Source: a bacterium (GTDB lineage Bacteria > Patescibacteriota > Minisyncoccia > Moranbacterales > UBA2206). Taken from it: 64,000 nucleotides of DNA. Positions 9,493-19,561 of this stretch are shown here, in pieces (positions within the stretch are counted from its first letter, which is position 1; every line of letters begins with the position of its first letter). The translations under genes and the position numbers were made by a program. A model generated the notes under the pieces. That model was not told where the DNA came from. It saw nothing but the letters and a program-made list of their open reading frames with translations, and made no database searches. The DNA lies in assembly GCA_030654225.1 (NCBI GenBank), contig JAURXY010000026.1, forward strand, positions 10,448 through 74,447. Reading direction: 5' to 3'.

Positions 9493-9597
9493 ATGAAAGA
9501 AAAAATGAGAGCATTGGCAATGGCGGTTATTTTTGAAAGTTATTTTTTCTTAAAAAAACTTTATAACTTTGTGGAGGGCAAAAAAAATATTTTGTGA
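9493..9597 (+). CDS. small ORF (34 aa) with strong Shine-Dalgarno
   Basis: AAAGGAGG 6 nt upstream of ATG; SD sites are otherwise rare in this window. Confidence 0.3.
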   Translation: MKEKMRALAMAVIFESYFFLKKLYNFVEGKKNIL

Positions 9598-9698
9598 TAA
9601 GTGTGGTGCAAAAACTAATCATTGGAGTATAAAGAAAAGTCACGGAAAGATTTGCATTGTAGGCAATTATTGCTCAACTTATAAGTGGAGGAAAAATC

Positions 9699-9887
9699 AT
9701 GGAAAAAGGAAAAATACTGGAGTGTTTTATTTGCGGAAGTAAAAGAAATTTAGTGCTTTCGCCGATAAAAATCAACGGAAAATGGGAAGTGATTTGCTGG
9801 CCACATGAGAACGAAATGATCATAAATATCATTGGATATCGGTCTCAAATCAACATCGAAATATTCGATCGTTGCGGATTGGCCTAA
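9699..9887 (+). CDS. small Cys/His protein (zinc-ribbon-like)
   Basis: CxxC ... CWPH; strong SD GGAGG. Confidence 0.4.
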   Translation: MEKGKILECFICGSKRNLVLSPIKINGKWEVICWPHENEMIINIIGYRSQINIEIFDRCGLA

Positions 9888-9910
9888 ACCCTAAAATTTT
9901 GGAGGTGCTT

Positions 9911-10246
9911 ATGACTAGATCGGAACGTAAGAGGGAAAGTAATGGCACCGACAGAAGAAGTCAAAGTCAAAAAAAGAAAGACCGAAAGCGTGACAAAAAC
10001 GCTCTCGAAGAGTTGGTCAAGGCTGTTATTGATAGGCTTCCCAGAAAGGATATGACGCATGTCAATAAAGAATTTGTTTGCAATTGCTGCCACTTGCACT
10101 ACTGCGTAGCTTTTGACGGAAATGATGTTTTCTGTCGTGAATGTTTTTTCGTAGAAGGATGTCTCAAAAAAATGAGTGGCAATACTAAAACTTGCAACTA
10201 TTGCGAAGGAAAGGAGATGGGCAGTGAAAGCCATGTTATGCACTAA
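9911..10246 (+). CDS. basic N-terminus + Cys-rich C-terminal zinc-binding-like protein
   Basis: start moved to ATG preceded by GGAGG; 12 Cys in the last 60 aa. Confidence 0.4.
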   Translation: MTRSERKRESNGTDRRSQSQKKKDRKRDKNALEELVKAVIDRLPRKDMTHVNKEFVCNCCHLHYCVAFDGNDVFCRECFFVEGCLKKMSGNTKTCNYCEGKEMGSESHVMH

Positions 10247-10260
10247 GATTAGTGCAAAAA

Positions 10261-10297
10261 AAGGGGAGGCTCGAAATTATTTCAACCTTCCCTTTAA
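10261..10297. terminator. bidirectional terminator hairpin
   Basis: AAGGGGAGG ... CCTTCCCTT between convergent genes. Confidence 0.5.
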
Positions 10298-10312
10298 ATT
10301 TCTAAAATTTTT

Positions 10313-11725
10313 TTAGTATCGGTAATTTTCCGACTTATATGGACCATCAATTGGAGTGTTGATATAATTGGCTTGTTTTTTGGTGAGCTTAGTCAAAGAC
10401 ACACCAAGTTTTTCCAAATGCAAGCGGGCTACTTCTTCATCTAGTTTTTTTGGCAAAGTATAAACTCCAATGGCATGTTTATTTTCCCAAAGTTCCAGTT
10501 GCGCCAAGACTTGATTGGTGAAAGAGGTACTCATCACAAAACTTGGATGCCCCGTAGCATTGCCAAGATTGACTAGTCGACCTTGTGAAAGAAGCACAAT
10601 GGCGTGTCCGTCAGGGAAGACATATTTGTCCACTTGCGGTTTGATGTTTATTTTTTCAATTCCATTATATTTTTCCAATTTCTCAACTTGAATTTCATTG
10701 TCAAAATGTCCAATATTGCAAACAATCGCTTCATCTTTCATTTTTTCCATATGAGAAATTGTGATGATATCTTGATTGCCCGTAGCGGTCACATAAATAT
10801 TGCCTTCGCCAAGTGTTTCTTCGACAGTCTTAATTTCAAAACCTTCCATCGAAGCTTGCAAAGCGCAAATTGGATCAATTTCCGTGATGATGACTCGCGC
10901 GCCAAGACCTTTCATGCTTTGGGCGCAACCTTTGCCAACATCGCCATAGCCACAAACAACGACAACTTTTCCGGCCACCATCACATCTGTTCCGCGCTTG
11001 ATGCCATCGGCCAAACTTTCTCGACAACCATAAAGATTGTCAAATTTGCTTTTGGTCACACTGTCATTAACATTAATCGCGGGGAAGAGTAATCTCTTTT
11101 TTTCAAACATTTGATAGAGTCGATGCACGCCTGTGGTAGTTTCTTCGGAAACTCCTTTGATATCTCGAATCATCTTGCTCCAAAAATTTTTGTTTTCGCT
11201 ATAAATTTTAGAGAGAATTTTCATGAGTTCTTTTTCATCTTCAGTTTTTCCGGAATAATTTTGTTTGAGTATTTTTGGATCTTTTTCAATCTCTGCGCCA
11301 AGATGAAGCATGAGCGTGGCATCGCCTCCATCATCCACAATTAAATTTGGTCCAAGATTTTTACCAAACTTGAAAGCTTGCTCAGTACACCACCAATATT
11401 CTTCCAATGTTTCACCTTTCCAAGCAAAAACCGGAACGCCGGCTTTGGCAATGGCGGCTGCGGCGTGATCTTGAGTGGAATAGATATTACAAGAAACCCA
11501 CCGTACTTCGGCGCCCAACTCAACCAAAGTTTCAATGAGTACCGCCGTTTGAATAGTCATATGCAGACTCCCCAAAATACGCGCGCCTCGGAGAGGCTTC
11601 TTTTTGCCAAATTTTTTTCGCAGAGCCATAAGCCCCGGCATTTCTTTCTCGGCGATAATAATTTCATTGCGCCCATACTCTGCCAAGCTAATGTCTTTGA
11701 TTTTGTAATCTTGTATTTTGTCCAT
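10313..11725 (-). CDS. ahcY: adenosylhomocysteinase
   Basis: full-length SAHH; NAD-binding GYGDVGKG; start placed at [11 protein letters not shown]. Confidence 0.9.
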   Translation of the reverse strand: MDKIQDYKIKDISLAEYGRNEIIIAEKEMPGLMALRKKFGKKKPLRGARILGSLHMTIQTAVLIETLVELGAEVRWVSCNIYSTQDHAAAAIAKAGVPVFAWKGETLEEYWWCTEQAFKFGKNLGPNLIVDDGGDATLMLHLGAEIEKDPKILKQNYSGKTEDEKELMKILSKIYSENKNFWSKMIRDIKGVSEETTTGVHRLYQMFEKKRLLFPAINVNDSVTKSKFDNLYGCRESLADGIKRGTDVMVAGKVVVVCGYGDVGKGCAQSMKGLGARVIITEIDPICALQASMEGFEIKTVEETLGEGNIYVTATGNQDIITISHMEKMKDEAIVCNIGHFDNEIQVEKLEKYNGIEKINIKPQVDKYVFPDGHAIVLLSQGRLVNLGNATGHPSFVMSTSFTNQVLAQLELWENKHAIGVYTLPKKLDEEVARLHLEKLGVSLTKLTKKQANYINTPIDGPYKSENYRY

Positions 11726-11768
11726 TTTCCTTGTTAAATAAGATTTGAATCTTGTGATAAGACACAAC

Positions 11769-12773
11769 TTATTTTTTAATTAAATTATGATGTTTTTTGT
11801 TAAGTCGTGCGCCAGAACTCGCAACGACTAGAGCTGAGACACGACTGGCTATTTTGCCAGCTTCTCCTAAGTCTAAATTATTTATCAATCCATGTAAAAT
11901 TCCGGCAGCGTACATATCGCCTGCGCCATTGGTGTTTATCACCTTAGCTGGGCAAGGTGAAATTTCAAAAATTTTCCCGTCTTCCTCTATTAGACTGCCG
12001 TTTTCTCCTAATTTTACTATTGCGATGCGACAATTTTTGGCAATTTCGTGCAAAGCTTTGCGAGAATTTTTCTTGCCACTAAATGCGGTGGCTTCTTCTT
12101 CGTTGGCAAAAACAATGTCAATATGTTCTTTGACAATACTGGCGAAAAGTTTTTTGTTGCGCCTTATAAGCTGGGTGTCTGAAAGATCCAGTGAAACCAA
12201 AACATCATTTTTCTTGGCAATTTCCACGGCATGAAAAATTGCTTGGCGACTGACAGAATTTTCCAGTTGATAGGCTTCGATGTGAAGGATTTTTGCGCGT
12301 TTAATTTCTTTTTCTTGGATATGATTTTTATTGAAATTAACTGACGCGCCCAGATGGGTAGCCATTGTGCGTTCTCCGTCTGGAGTGACAAACACAATGG
12401 CGTGTCCAGTCATTCCATTGTCATGAAAACAAAGATGAGAAGCGACACCTTCCGCTTCTATTTTTTCTTGATATTTTTTGCCATGTTCATCTTGGCCAAC
12501 AAGTCCCAAAAATGACACGCGACTGCCCAAAAGATTAGCCCCAGAAAGAGTGTTGGAAACACTGCCACCGGGAGTGAGCTCTAGCTTGATGTTTTTGAAT
12601 TGCTGGAAAATATTTTCACTTTCCGCCTTTGAAATCAAATTCATCGATCCTTTTTTGAAATTTAGCTTAACTAGCATTTCTTCACTAATATTAATCACAA
12701 TATCAAACAGGGGACTGCCAATCCCCAAAATATCCCAGTGTTTTTTCTTCGCTGATTTTTTATTAGTTTTCAT
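11769..12773 (-). CDS. PfkB-family carbohydrate/adenosine kinase
   Basis: PfkB signature [12 protein letters not shown]; adjacency to ahcY suggests adenosine kinase. Confidence 0.75.
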   Translation of the reverse strand: MKTNKKSAKKKHWDILGIGSPLFDIVINISEEMLVKLNFKKGSMNLISKAESENIFQQFKNIKLELTPGGSVSNTLSGANLLGSRVSFLGLVGQDEHGKKYQEKIEAEGVASHLCFHDNGMTGHAIVFVTPDGERTMATHLGASVNFNKNHIQEKEIKRAKILHIEAYQLENSVSRQAIFHAVEIAKKNDVLVSLDLSDTQLIRRNKKLFASIVKEHIDIVFANEEEATAFSGKKNSRKALHEIAKNCRIAIVKLGENGSLIEEDGKIFEISPCPAKVINTNGAGDMYAAGILHGLINNLDLGEAGKIASRVSALVVASSGARLNKKHHNLIKK

Positions 12774-12779
12774 GTTTTT

Positions 12780-13835
12780 CTATCCGAAATAATTTTCCAC
12801 CGCGAATTCGAATTGTTTGACGAAGATTTCTTTTAGAAAATAAAGACTATTTTGTTCATAAAAAAGTAGAGTCGCTTTTTTGTAGTCATTTTTATCAACA
12901 TCCCTATAAGATAGTGGGCAATATCCCTCCGCTAATAAAATAGCATTGCCTAAAATTCTAGCAGTTCTTTTGTTTCCATCTTCAAAGGGTTGAATATAGG
13001 AAATTAAGGCGATCGCAGAAAGCGCTTTTAGCAGGGGATGTATATTTTTGGCATTAATAATCGAAAGCACTTCATGCAAAGCTTCTTTTATTTGAAATTG
13101 ATTATCCAGCGGTTTGTAATTAGTTCCAGTTATCCCGACTGATGTTTTTCTGACATTTTTTTCAACTCCAAGGTCGAAGGTAAGTAGCTGGTGCAGGTCT
13201 TCGATTTTAGAAAGAGTTAATTCTTTGAAAATTTTAGGATTCTTAATAATATAGTCCAGAGCTTTTTTATGATTTAGAATCATTTGAGTTTCTGATTTTG
13301 TGTGACCGGAAGCCTCTTGATTTTCTGTTATTAGAATTTCTGTTTCTATTAAGGAATACGTGTTTCCTTCTATTTGAGATGATTTCCAACTTAATTCTAT
13401 AGTTAGTCTTTCAAACTCTTTTTTTAGAATAGTAGGGGAGAGTTTCTTTACTCTTTTCTGATAGTTGTCATTTAGTTTATCAAGATTAGCCAATTCTTCT
13501 TTTGAGAATATTGAGTTATCAAAATTTTTGAAGATATCGAAGTTGAAGTTTTTTTGAGAATTTCTCTTCTCTACAGATTGTTCAAAATATTTCTCGATAT
13601 CATAAAAAGACATCAGGGGATTCTCAATCATTACACCATAAGAAACGCTTCTTCCCCGCCCTGTTTTTTTGATTAGTTTTTTTGTTATTAAAACATCGAG
13701 ATCTCTTATGATTGTGATTCTATTCAAAGCCCCGGTTTTTAGTTCTTGGTATTCCTTAATTTCTCTGGTGCTAGCTTGCCCTTGATTTTGTATGAATTCC
13801 AGGATTGAGTTTTGACGAGTAGTTAATTTTTCCAT
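12780..13835 (-). CDS. Fic/Doc-family protein with N-terminal wHTH; catalytic His replaced by Gln (QPFEDGNKRTAR)
   Basis: Fic core motif present except H->Q; codon is CAA (plus-strand TTG at 12990-12992). Confidence 0.75.
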   Translation of the reverse strand: MEKLTTRQNSILEFIQNQGQASTREIKEYQELKTGALNRITIIRDLDVLITKKLIKKTGRGRSVSYGVMIENPLMSFYDIEKYFEQSVEKRNSQKNFNFDIFKNFDNSIFSKEELANLDKLNDNYQKRVKKLSPTILKKEFERLTIELSWKSSQIEGNTYSLIETEILITENQEASGHTKSETQMILNHKKALDYIIKNPKIFKELTLSKIEDLHQLLTFDLGVEKNVRKTSVGITGTNYKPLDNQFQIKEALHEVLSIINAKNIHPLLKALSAIALISYIQPFEDGNKRTARILGNAILLAEGYCPLSYRDVDKNDYKKATLLFYEQNSLYFLKEIFVKQFEFAVENYFG

Positions 13836-13964
13836 AAGCTTATTCTAATTGTTACATTAATTTACTCTAATTGTAACATTTTGATACAATTAATGCAACA
13901 ATTAAATTTACAAAAAAAGACGCAATTTAAATTAGGTATTCTTTACGGGCGACGCTGTGAGATG

Positions 13965-13996
13965 AAAAAAAGACTGTTTCTAAAAACAGTCTTTTT
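13965..13996. terminator. bidirectional terminator hairpin
   Basis: AAAAAAGACTGTTT-CTAA-AAACAGTCTTTTTT. Confidence 0.65.
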
Positions 13997-14010
13997 TGAA
14001 TTTTTCGCAG

Positions 14011-14082
14011 CTCCGCGACCAGGACTCGAACCTGGAACCAATTGATTAACAGTCAACTGCTCTACCATTGAGCTATCGCGGA
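14011..14082 (-). tRNA. tRNA-Asn (GTT)
   Basis: cloverleaf read from reverse complement; anticodon loop CTGTTAA; T-arm GGTTCGAGTCC; CCA not encoded. Confidence 0.85.
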
Positions 14083-14220
14083 ATAAATATTCAATTTTTA
14101 AAACAAATTGATTATAACAAGATGTTTCAGATAAATCAAGGAATGAACAATTATGAATAATTCTGGCGAGTTTTTTGTTTTTGGATTATAATTATATTAG
14201 AAATAATTTAAAAAAACAAA

Positions 14221-14961
14221 ATGGAGAAAAAAATTATAAAAGTTAGAAAAATCAACAAAACTAAAAAACCCATTATCAAAAAAGAAGCGATAAAAAAGGC
14301 GATAGGGGATATAACGGAGAAAATAAAAACGATTAGAGTCACTAATCCTTTCAAAAACATAAATATACTCCAAAAATTCAGAAAACCGAAGGTGGTGATG
14401 CGAAAAACATATCAGAAAAAAACTTGGAAAAAAGTGGCGAGTATGATTTTAGTTGCAATTATTATCCTAGCTATAATTGTCGGGATAATATTTTTGGTGA
14501 AAAAAATAAAAAACTCTCCGCGTCCATTGCCGAAAAATTCGATTAACACTAATTCGCAAGAGCCGGGCAATGTGATAGAGATAGATAATCTAGACGAAAA
14601 TTTTCCGGATAACGGAGAGATTATTTCTCAAGGGAGATTCAATAATGTCGAGCAGATTTTGAAAGGCAAAGCCCTTTTTGTCAAAAGTGGCGGGGATGTC
14701 TTTTTGCGATTAGAGGGTTTTGAAACGGTCAATGGTCAAGATATGCACATTTATCTTTCACCAATTTTGAATCTCAATCCAGAAGATGCAATTGACTTGG
14801 GAATCATGAAATCGACCACTGGAAATGTTAATTATAAAGTAGAAAAGTCAGTTGATTTGGAAAAATATTTCAATGTCTTGATTTGGTCTAACCGTTTCAA
14901 CGCTTTCTTTGGATACGCCACATTGCAAAAAGGGGAATTACTACCAGAAAATCCAATTTGA
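14221..14961 (+). CDS. DM13-domain protein with basic N-terminus and one TM helix
   Basis: C-terminal pattern (GKALFVKSGGDVFLRLEGFETVNGQDMHIYL) typical of DM13. Confidence 0.5.
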   Translation: MEKKIIKVRKINKTKKPIIKKEAIKKAIGDITEKIKTIRVTNPFKNINILQKFRKPKVVMRKTYQKKTWKKVASMILVAIIILAIIVGIIFLVKKIKNSPRPLPKNSINTNSQEPGNVIEIDNLDENFPDNGEIISQGRFNNVEQILKGKALFVKSGGDVFLRLEGFETVNGQDMHIYLSPILNLNPEDAIDLGIMKSTTGNVNYKVEKSVDLEKYFNVLIWSNRFNAFFGYATLQKGELLPENPI

Positions 14962-15133
14962 CCTTTTTTAATTTTTAAGCTACAATCTTTTTAGTTGTAA
15001 GTCTTCTCAGTAAGTTTTGCCTTATCTAAAAAAGTAAGGAACAAGCGATATGAGAGAGGTCGCCTTGCAATATTAAATTTAATAAGGCAACCCCGCAAAA
15101 TTCTGTAAACAGAATAGCGGGGCAAGTAAGAAA

Positions 15134-15463
15134 ATGGCACAAAAACTATATGTAGGAAATTTATCCTACAATGTGAATGATGAAGCATTGAAAGAAATGT
15201 TTTCCGCAGCGGGAACAGTATCTTCAGCAATGATCATCACCGACAGAATGTCTGGACGATCCAAAGGTTTTGGATTCGTTGAGATGAGTTCTGATGCAGA
15301 AGCAATAGCTGCAATTGACATGTTCAATGGAAAAGAAGTTGAAGGACGAGCATTGACTGTTAACGAAGCTCGACCAAAAGAAGATCGACCTCGAAGCACA
15401 GGTGGCTTTGGAGGCGGAAATGGCCGTGGCCGAGATTTCGGTGGACGAAGAGACCGATTCTAG
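15134..15463 (+). CDS. glycine-rich RNA-binding protein (RRM)
   Basis: RNP-2 LYVGNL, RNP-1 KGFGFVEM, RGG tail. Confidence 0.9.
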   Translation: MAQKLYVGNLSYNVNDEALKEMFSAAGTVSSAMIITDRMSGRSKGFGFVEMSSDAEAIAAIDMFNGKEVEGRALTVNEARPKEDRPRSTGGFGGGNGRGRDFGGRRDRF

Positions 15464-15583
15464 TATGCGAATCAATCAAACAGTTCCGAGTAATCGGGGC
15501 TGTTTTTTTGTGCAAATTGGAATAAATTTGGCTTTATGCTAGTATACTTAGTGTATGGTGTAATAATTTAAAATTAACAAACG

Positions 15584-15955
15584 ATGAATAAATATCTTTT
15601 AGTCGCAATTTTATTGAGTGTGGGGCTTGTTTTGTCCGGTTGTGGTCAAAAAAATGGGGACACCCCTCTGGTGGATAAAAACGCGAAAATTATTTTGTTT
15701 TATGGACAAGAATGTCCGCATTGCAAAATCGTAGAAAAATATATCAAAGATAATAAGATTTCAGAAAAAGTTAATTTTGCGCAGGGGGAAGTCTACCATA
15801 ACAAAACCAATTCTGCCTTGCTCGCAGAAAAAGCCGGCAAATGCGGAATTGATACAAAAGCAATTGGAGTGCCTTTTCTTTGGGAGAATGACAAATGTTA
15901 TGTTGGTCAAGAAGAAGTCATTCAATTTTTCAAGGACAAAGTAAACAGCAAATAA
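15584..15955 (+). CDS. thioredoxin-fold lipoprotein (CPHC)
   Basis: signal peptide + lipobox LSGC; CPHC active-site-like motif. Confidence 0.6.
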   Translation: MNKYLLVAILLSVGLVLSGCGQKNGDTPLVDKNAKIILFYGQECPHCKIVEKYIKDNKISEKVNFAQGEVYHNKTNSALLAEKAGKCGIDTKAIGVPFLWENDKCYVGQEEVIQFFKDKVNSK

Positions 15956-15968
15956 TAATCAAAGAACA

Positions 15969-16484
15969 ATGAACAATAAATTTAAAAAATATCTAAGAAT
16001 TTTGTTGCCAACTGTAATTTTTCTTTTTGCACGCAGTGCGCAAGCCGTTTGTCCGGTGTGCGTGGTAGCAGTGAGTGCTTGTGTGGGACTTTCGGAATAT
16101 TTGGGAATAGATGACACGGTTTCCGGTCTTTGGATTGGGGGACTTTTGGTTTCAATGACGATCTGGACAATCGATTGGCTAAAGCGAAAAAACATTAGAT
16201 TTTATGGCCGAAAAATTCTAACAGCCATGCTTTTCTATGTTTTTACTATCGGACCGCTTTACAAAAATGAAATGATTGGGCAACCACTGAATAAATTTTG
16301 GGGAGTGGACAAATTACTCCTGGGGATAATTTTGGGCAGTATTTTTTTCCTCGTAGCGGTATTTTTAAACGCGTATTTCAAAAAGAAAAATGGTGGCAAA
16401 GTTTTTTTCCCATTTCAAAAAGTTGTTGTGCCGATTGTGATACTGGGAATTTTAAGTGGTATTTTTTATTTTCTAACCTGTTGA
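15969..16484 (+). CDS. polytopic membrane protein with CPVC ... C motif
   Basis: signal/TM + 4 TM helices; CxxC right after the first TM. Confidence 0.4.
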   Translation: MNNKFKKYLRILLPTVIFLFARSAQAVCPVCVVAVSACVGLSEYLGIDDTVSGLWIGGLLVSMTIWTIDWLKRKNIRFYGRKILTAMLFYVFTIGPLYKNEMIGQPLNKFWGVDKLLLGIILGSIFFLVAVFLNAYFKKKNGGKVFFPFQKVVVPIVILGILSGIFYFLTC

Positions 16485-16488
16485 AATC

Positions 16489-16575
16489 TTTACTAATTAC
16501 GAATTAAGTACGAATATACTAATAAAAAATTCGTACATTCGTATATTAGTAAATGATTAATAATTCGTAAAGACA
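16489..16575. repeat. TACGAAT/ATTCGTA palindromic intergenic repeat, copy a
   Basis: about 85 percent identical to 48968-49047; imperfect palindrome. Confidence 0.7.
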
Positions 16576-16580
16576 AACTT

Positions 16581-17111
16581 ATGGAAAACACAATCAAAAA
16601 TCTCAATGAACTAATTGAAAAAGTCGACACAATGAAAAAGCAGGATAAGCTTGATCTCTCGTCTGATCAAGATTTGTCAATTGCCATTATGAATCTAGTG
16701 AGCATTGAAGAGCATTTCTTTTTCACTGGATCAAAACTTGGCAAGCCCGAATATTTTGATCTTTTGCAAGAAGTGAGAAAAATGCGAGGGGACTTGCTTC
16801 GAAAAATCGTCAAAAATCCTGAGGGTGAGGAGTGGTGCATCTCTAAACACCTGTTGGCAGCTTCAATGCGTCTAATGGAAGTTGGCACCAAACAGCAAGG
16901 GATGGGTAAAAAAGAAGAAGCTCAAAATCTTTTTCAAAAAGCCTATGATCTCTATTCTCTTTTTTGGGGAATAAACATGAAAGTAATCGGCACGGACGAT
17001 GTGAAAAAAATTGACAGCGAAGCTTTGCATAAAAACGATCAAGTGAAAGCGGGCTTTATGGGCAAACTTGGAGAATTAGTGCGGAAGGCGGTTGATTGTT
17101 GTATAGAATAA
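16581..17111 (+). CDS. hypothetical protein
   Basis: ORF directly preceded by the conserved repeat. Confidence 0.4.
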   Translation: MENTIKNLNELIEKVDTMKKQDKLDLSSDQDLSIAIMNLVSIEEHFFFTGSKLGKPEYFDLLQEVRKMRGDLLRKIVKNPEGEEWCISKHLLAASMRLMEVGTKQQGMGKKEEAQNLFQKAYDLYSLFWGINMKVIGTDDVKKIDSEALHKNDQVKAGFMGKLGELVRKAVDCCIE

Positions 17112-17280
17112 TAATAGAACTTACGCATTTCTCTTCAAATCTATTGTTCGCTGAAATTACAAATAAATTAACTAAGATTATAGATAGCGATTATAGATTT
17201 TAATCCTGCCATTGTCATGGCTACATAAATAGATTTTCAGAAAAATGCGTAAGTCCTAATAATTTAATTGATAAATTAAT

Positions 17281-18369
17281 ATGAACAAAAAAATCAATGT
17301 AGCTGTAATTTTTGGGGGAAAATCTGGTGAGCATGAAATTTCTTTGAAATCAGCCAAGCAAGCGATGGATGCTTTGGATAAAGAAAAATATAATATTATT
17401 CCGATTGCGATAACAAAAGGCGGACAGTGGTTGATTGGAAAAATTGGAAATAAATATATGGAGACAAATTTTCCCAATGCTCAAAAAGAAGGAGGCATAA
17501 CTTTGGAACAGTCGCAACGGCTCGTAATCGAAAAAGAAGGAGGAAAAAATATAAACAATTTCTATCAAGGAGGAGAAGAAGAAAATGAAATTGATATAGT
17601 TTTGCCAATTGGGCACGGAACATATTTGGAAGATGGAAAATTGCAAGGCATGCTGGATATGCTTGGGATTCCATATGTTTTTTCGGGAGCATTAGCCAGT
17701 GCCTTGGCAATGAACAAGAAGAAAACAAAAATCATTGCTAAATCAGTAGGACTTAAGATTGCGAAAGATGTGATTGTTTTGAGAAACAAGAAATTTAATT
17801 TAGAAAAAATTATCGCTAAGCTAAATTTGCCAATAGTGGTGAAACCCGCAGAGCTTGGTTCATCAGTTGGAACGAGTTTAGCTAGTACCAAAGAAGAATT
17901 AGCAGAAGGGATAAAAACAGCTTTGGAATATGGCGAAGAAGTTTTGCTAGAGCAATTTATTCAAGGACGAGAGTTGACCGTGGCTGTGATGGGAGACAAA
18001 TCACCTAAAGCTTTGCCAGTAATTGAAATTATCCCACAGGTGTCCGGCTGGTTTGATTATCGTGCTAAATATGAGAAGGGTGGTTCGAAAGAAGTTTGTC
18101 CAGCGGAAATTCCAGAAGAAATCAGAAAAAAAATTCAAAAATATGCCGTGAAAATTTTCAAAGCTATTGGCTGTTTGGATTTGGCGCGCGCAGATTTTAT
18201 CTGGGACAAGAATGATGGAAAATTATATTTTCTAGAAATCAATACTATCCCTGGTATGACGGGAACGAGTCTGGCGCCACAAGCCGCTGCGGCCACGGGT
18301 ATAAATTTTTCAAAATATCTAGATAAATTAATTTCTGGCGCACTAAAAAGAGCTAAAGACCTAATTTAA
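17281..18369 (+). CDS. ddl: D-alanine--D-alanine ligase
   Basis: N-terminal VAVIFGGKSGEHEISL; ATP-grasp. Confidence 0.9.
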   Translation: MNKKINVAVIFGGKSGEHEISLKSAKQAMDALDKEKYNIIPIAITKGGQWLIGKIGNKYMETNFPNAQKEGGITLEQSQRLVIEKEGGKNINNFYQGGEEENEIDIVLPIGHGTYLEDGKLQGMLDMLGIPYVFSGALASALAMNKKKTKIIAKSVGLKIAKDVIVLRNKKFNLEKIIAKLNLPIVVKPAELGSSVGTSLASTKEELAEGIKTALEYGEEVLLEQFIQGRELTVAVMGDKSPKALPVIEIIPQVSGWFDYRAKYEKGGSKEVCPAEIPEEIRKKIQKYAVKIFKAIGCLDLARADFIWDKNDGKLYFLEINTIPGMTGTSLAPQAAAATGINFSKYLDKLISGALKRAKDLI

Positions 18370-18375
18370 TTTTCA

Positions 18376-19557
18376 ATGTTTGAACGCACAAAAGATCTTC
18401 GACTTTCAGTGATAAAACAGATGGAACTTCGGGCTTCTAAATTTCCCGATGTCATTTCTTTGGCGCAAGGAGTGCCAAGTTTTGATACGCCGTCAGGGAT
18501 AAAAAGGCGAGTGGAGTTGGCGCTGCAAAATGGTGTTGTTTCCAAATATTCTCTTTCGCCAGGACTTTCGGAACTGCGAGAATTGATTGAGGTAAAATTG
18601 GCTGAGGATAATATGTTTTATGATTTCGAAAAAGAAATCATTGTGACGGCTGGTTCGATTGAAGGAATCACAGCGACACTTTTAGCGATTACCAATTCAG
18701 GAGATGAGATAATCATTCCTGAGCCAACCTATACCTCATATCGCGAAGTGATTGTGCTTTGCGGTTGCACTCCAGTTTTTGTAGGACTCAATGAAGAAAA
18801 AGATTGGAGTTTTGAATTGGAAAAATTTGAAAAAGCCATCACGCCCAAAACTAAAGCCATCTTCTATTGCAATCCTAATAATCCAACTGGCACTATTTAT
18901 TCCAAAGAGCAACTTTTGGGTTTGGCGGAATTAGCCAAAAAACATAATTTGTTTTTAATTTCAGATGAAGTTTATAAGGATTTTACTTTTGCGAGAAAAG
19001 AAAAAATTTTTAGTCTGGCGGAAATTCCCGAGCTTCGAAAAAGAGTCATTCGACTGTTTAGTTTTTCCAAATCATATGCCATGACGGGGTACCGTGTGGG
19101 ATATCTCCACTGCGACGAAAGTGTCGCTCAAGAAATTTTGAAAGTGCATGACTCGCTGGTCACTTGCGCGCCAGTTATCTCTCAATACGCAGCTATGGGA
19201 GCATTGGAAATGGCGGAAAAAGATGTGATTTTTTTCAATGGCGAATATCTGAAACGGCGGGATTTGATTTGCGTACGCCTCGAAAAATTAAAACATATTT
19301 TTAGCTATGTCAGACCGGAAAGCGCCTATTATGTTTTTCCAAAAATAATTAAAAATGATTTTGATTTTGGTTCGCTTGAAGCGCCGGAAAGTTTTTCGTT
19401 CAAATTTGCCTTTTGGCTTCTGGAAAAAGCTCAAGTAGCAGTTGTCCCAGGAGTGGCTTTCGGTCCAAGTGGCGAAGACCATGTTCGTTTTAGTTTTGGT
19501 CGAACAGAGCGTGACATCAACCGAGCGTTTGATAGGATGGAGAAAATATTTTTATAA
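18376..19557 (+). CDS. PLP-dependent aminotransferase class I/II
   Basis: SFSKSYAMTGYRVGY PLP-lysine region. Confidence 0.85.
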   Translation: MFERTKDLRLSVIKQMELRASKFPDVISLAQGVPSFDTPSGIKRRVELALQNGVVSKYSLSPGLSELRELIEVKLAEDNMFYDFEKEIIVTAGSIEGITATLLAITNSGDEIIIPEPTYTSYREVIVLCGCTPVFVGLNEEKDWSFELEKFEKAITPKTKAIFYCNPNNPTGTIYSKEQLLGLAELAKKHNLFLISDEVYKDFTFARKEKIFSLAEIPELRKRVIRLFSFSKSYAMTGYRVGYLHCDESVAQEILKVHDSLVTCAPVISQYAAMGALEMAEKDVIFFNGEYLKRRDLICVRLEKLKHIFSYVRPESAYYVFPKIIKNDFDFGSLEAPESFSFKFAFWLLEKAQVAVVPGVAFGPSGEDHVRFSFGRTERDINRAFDRMEKIFL

Positions 19558-19561
19558 AAAT

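Noticed and set aside
19442-19561. Upstream extension of the murF-like ORF overlapping the aminotransferase gene
   Set aside because: A Met with a Mur-ligase-like N-terminus at 19562 gives a clean non-overlapping start; the extension is read-through of the previous gene's frame.
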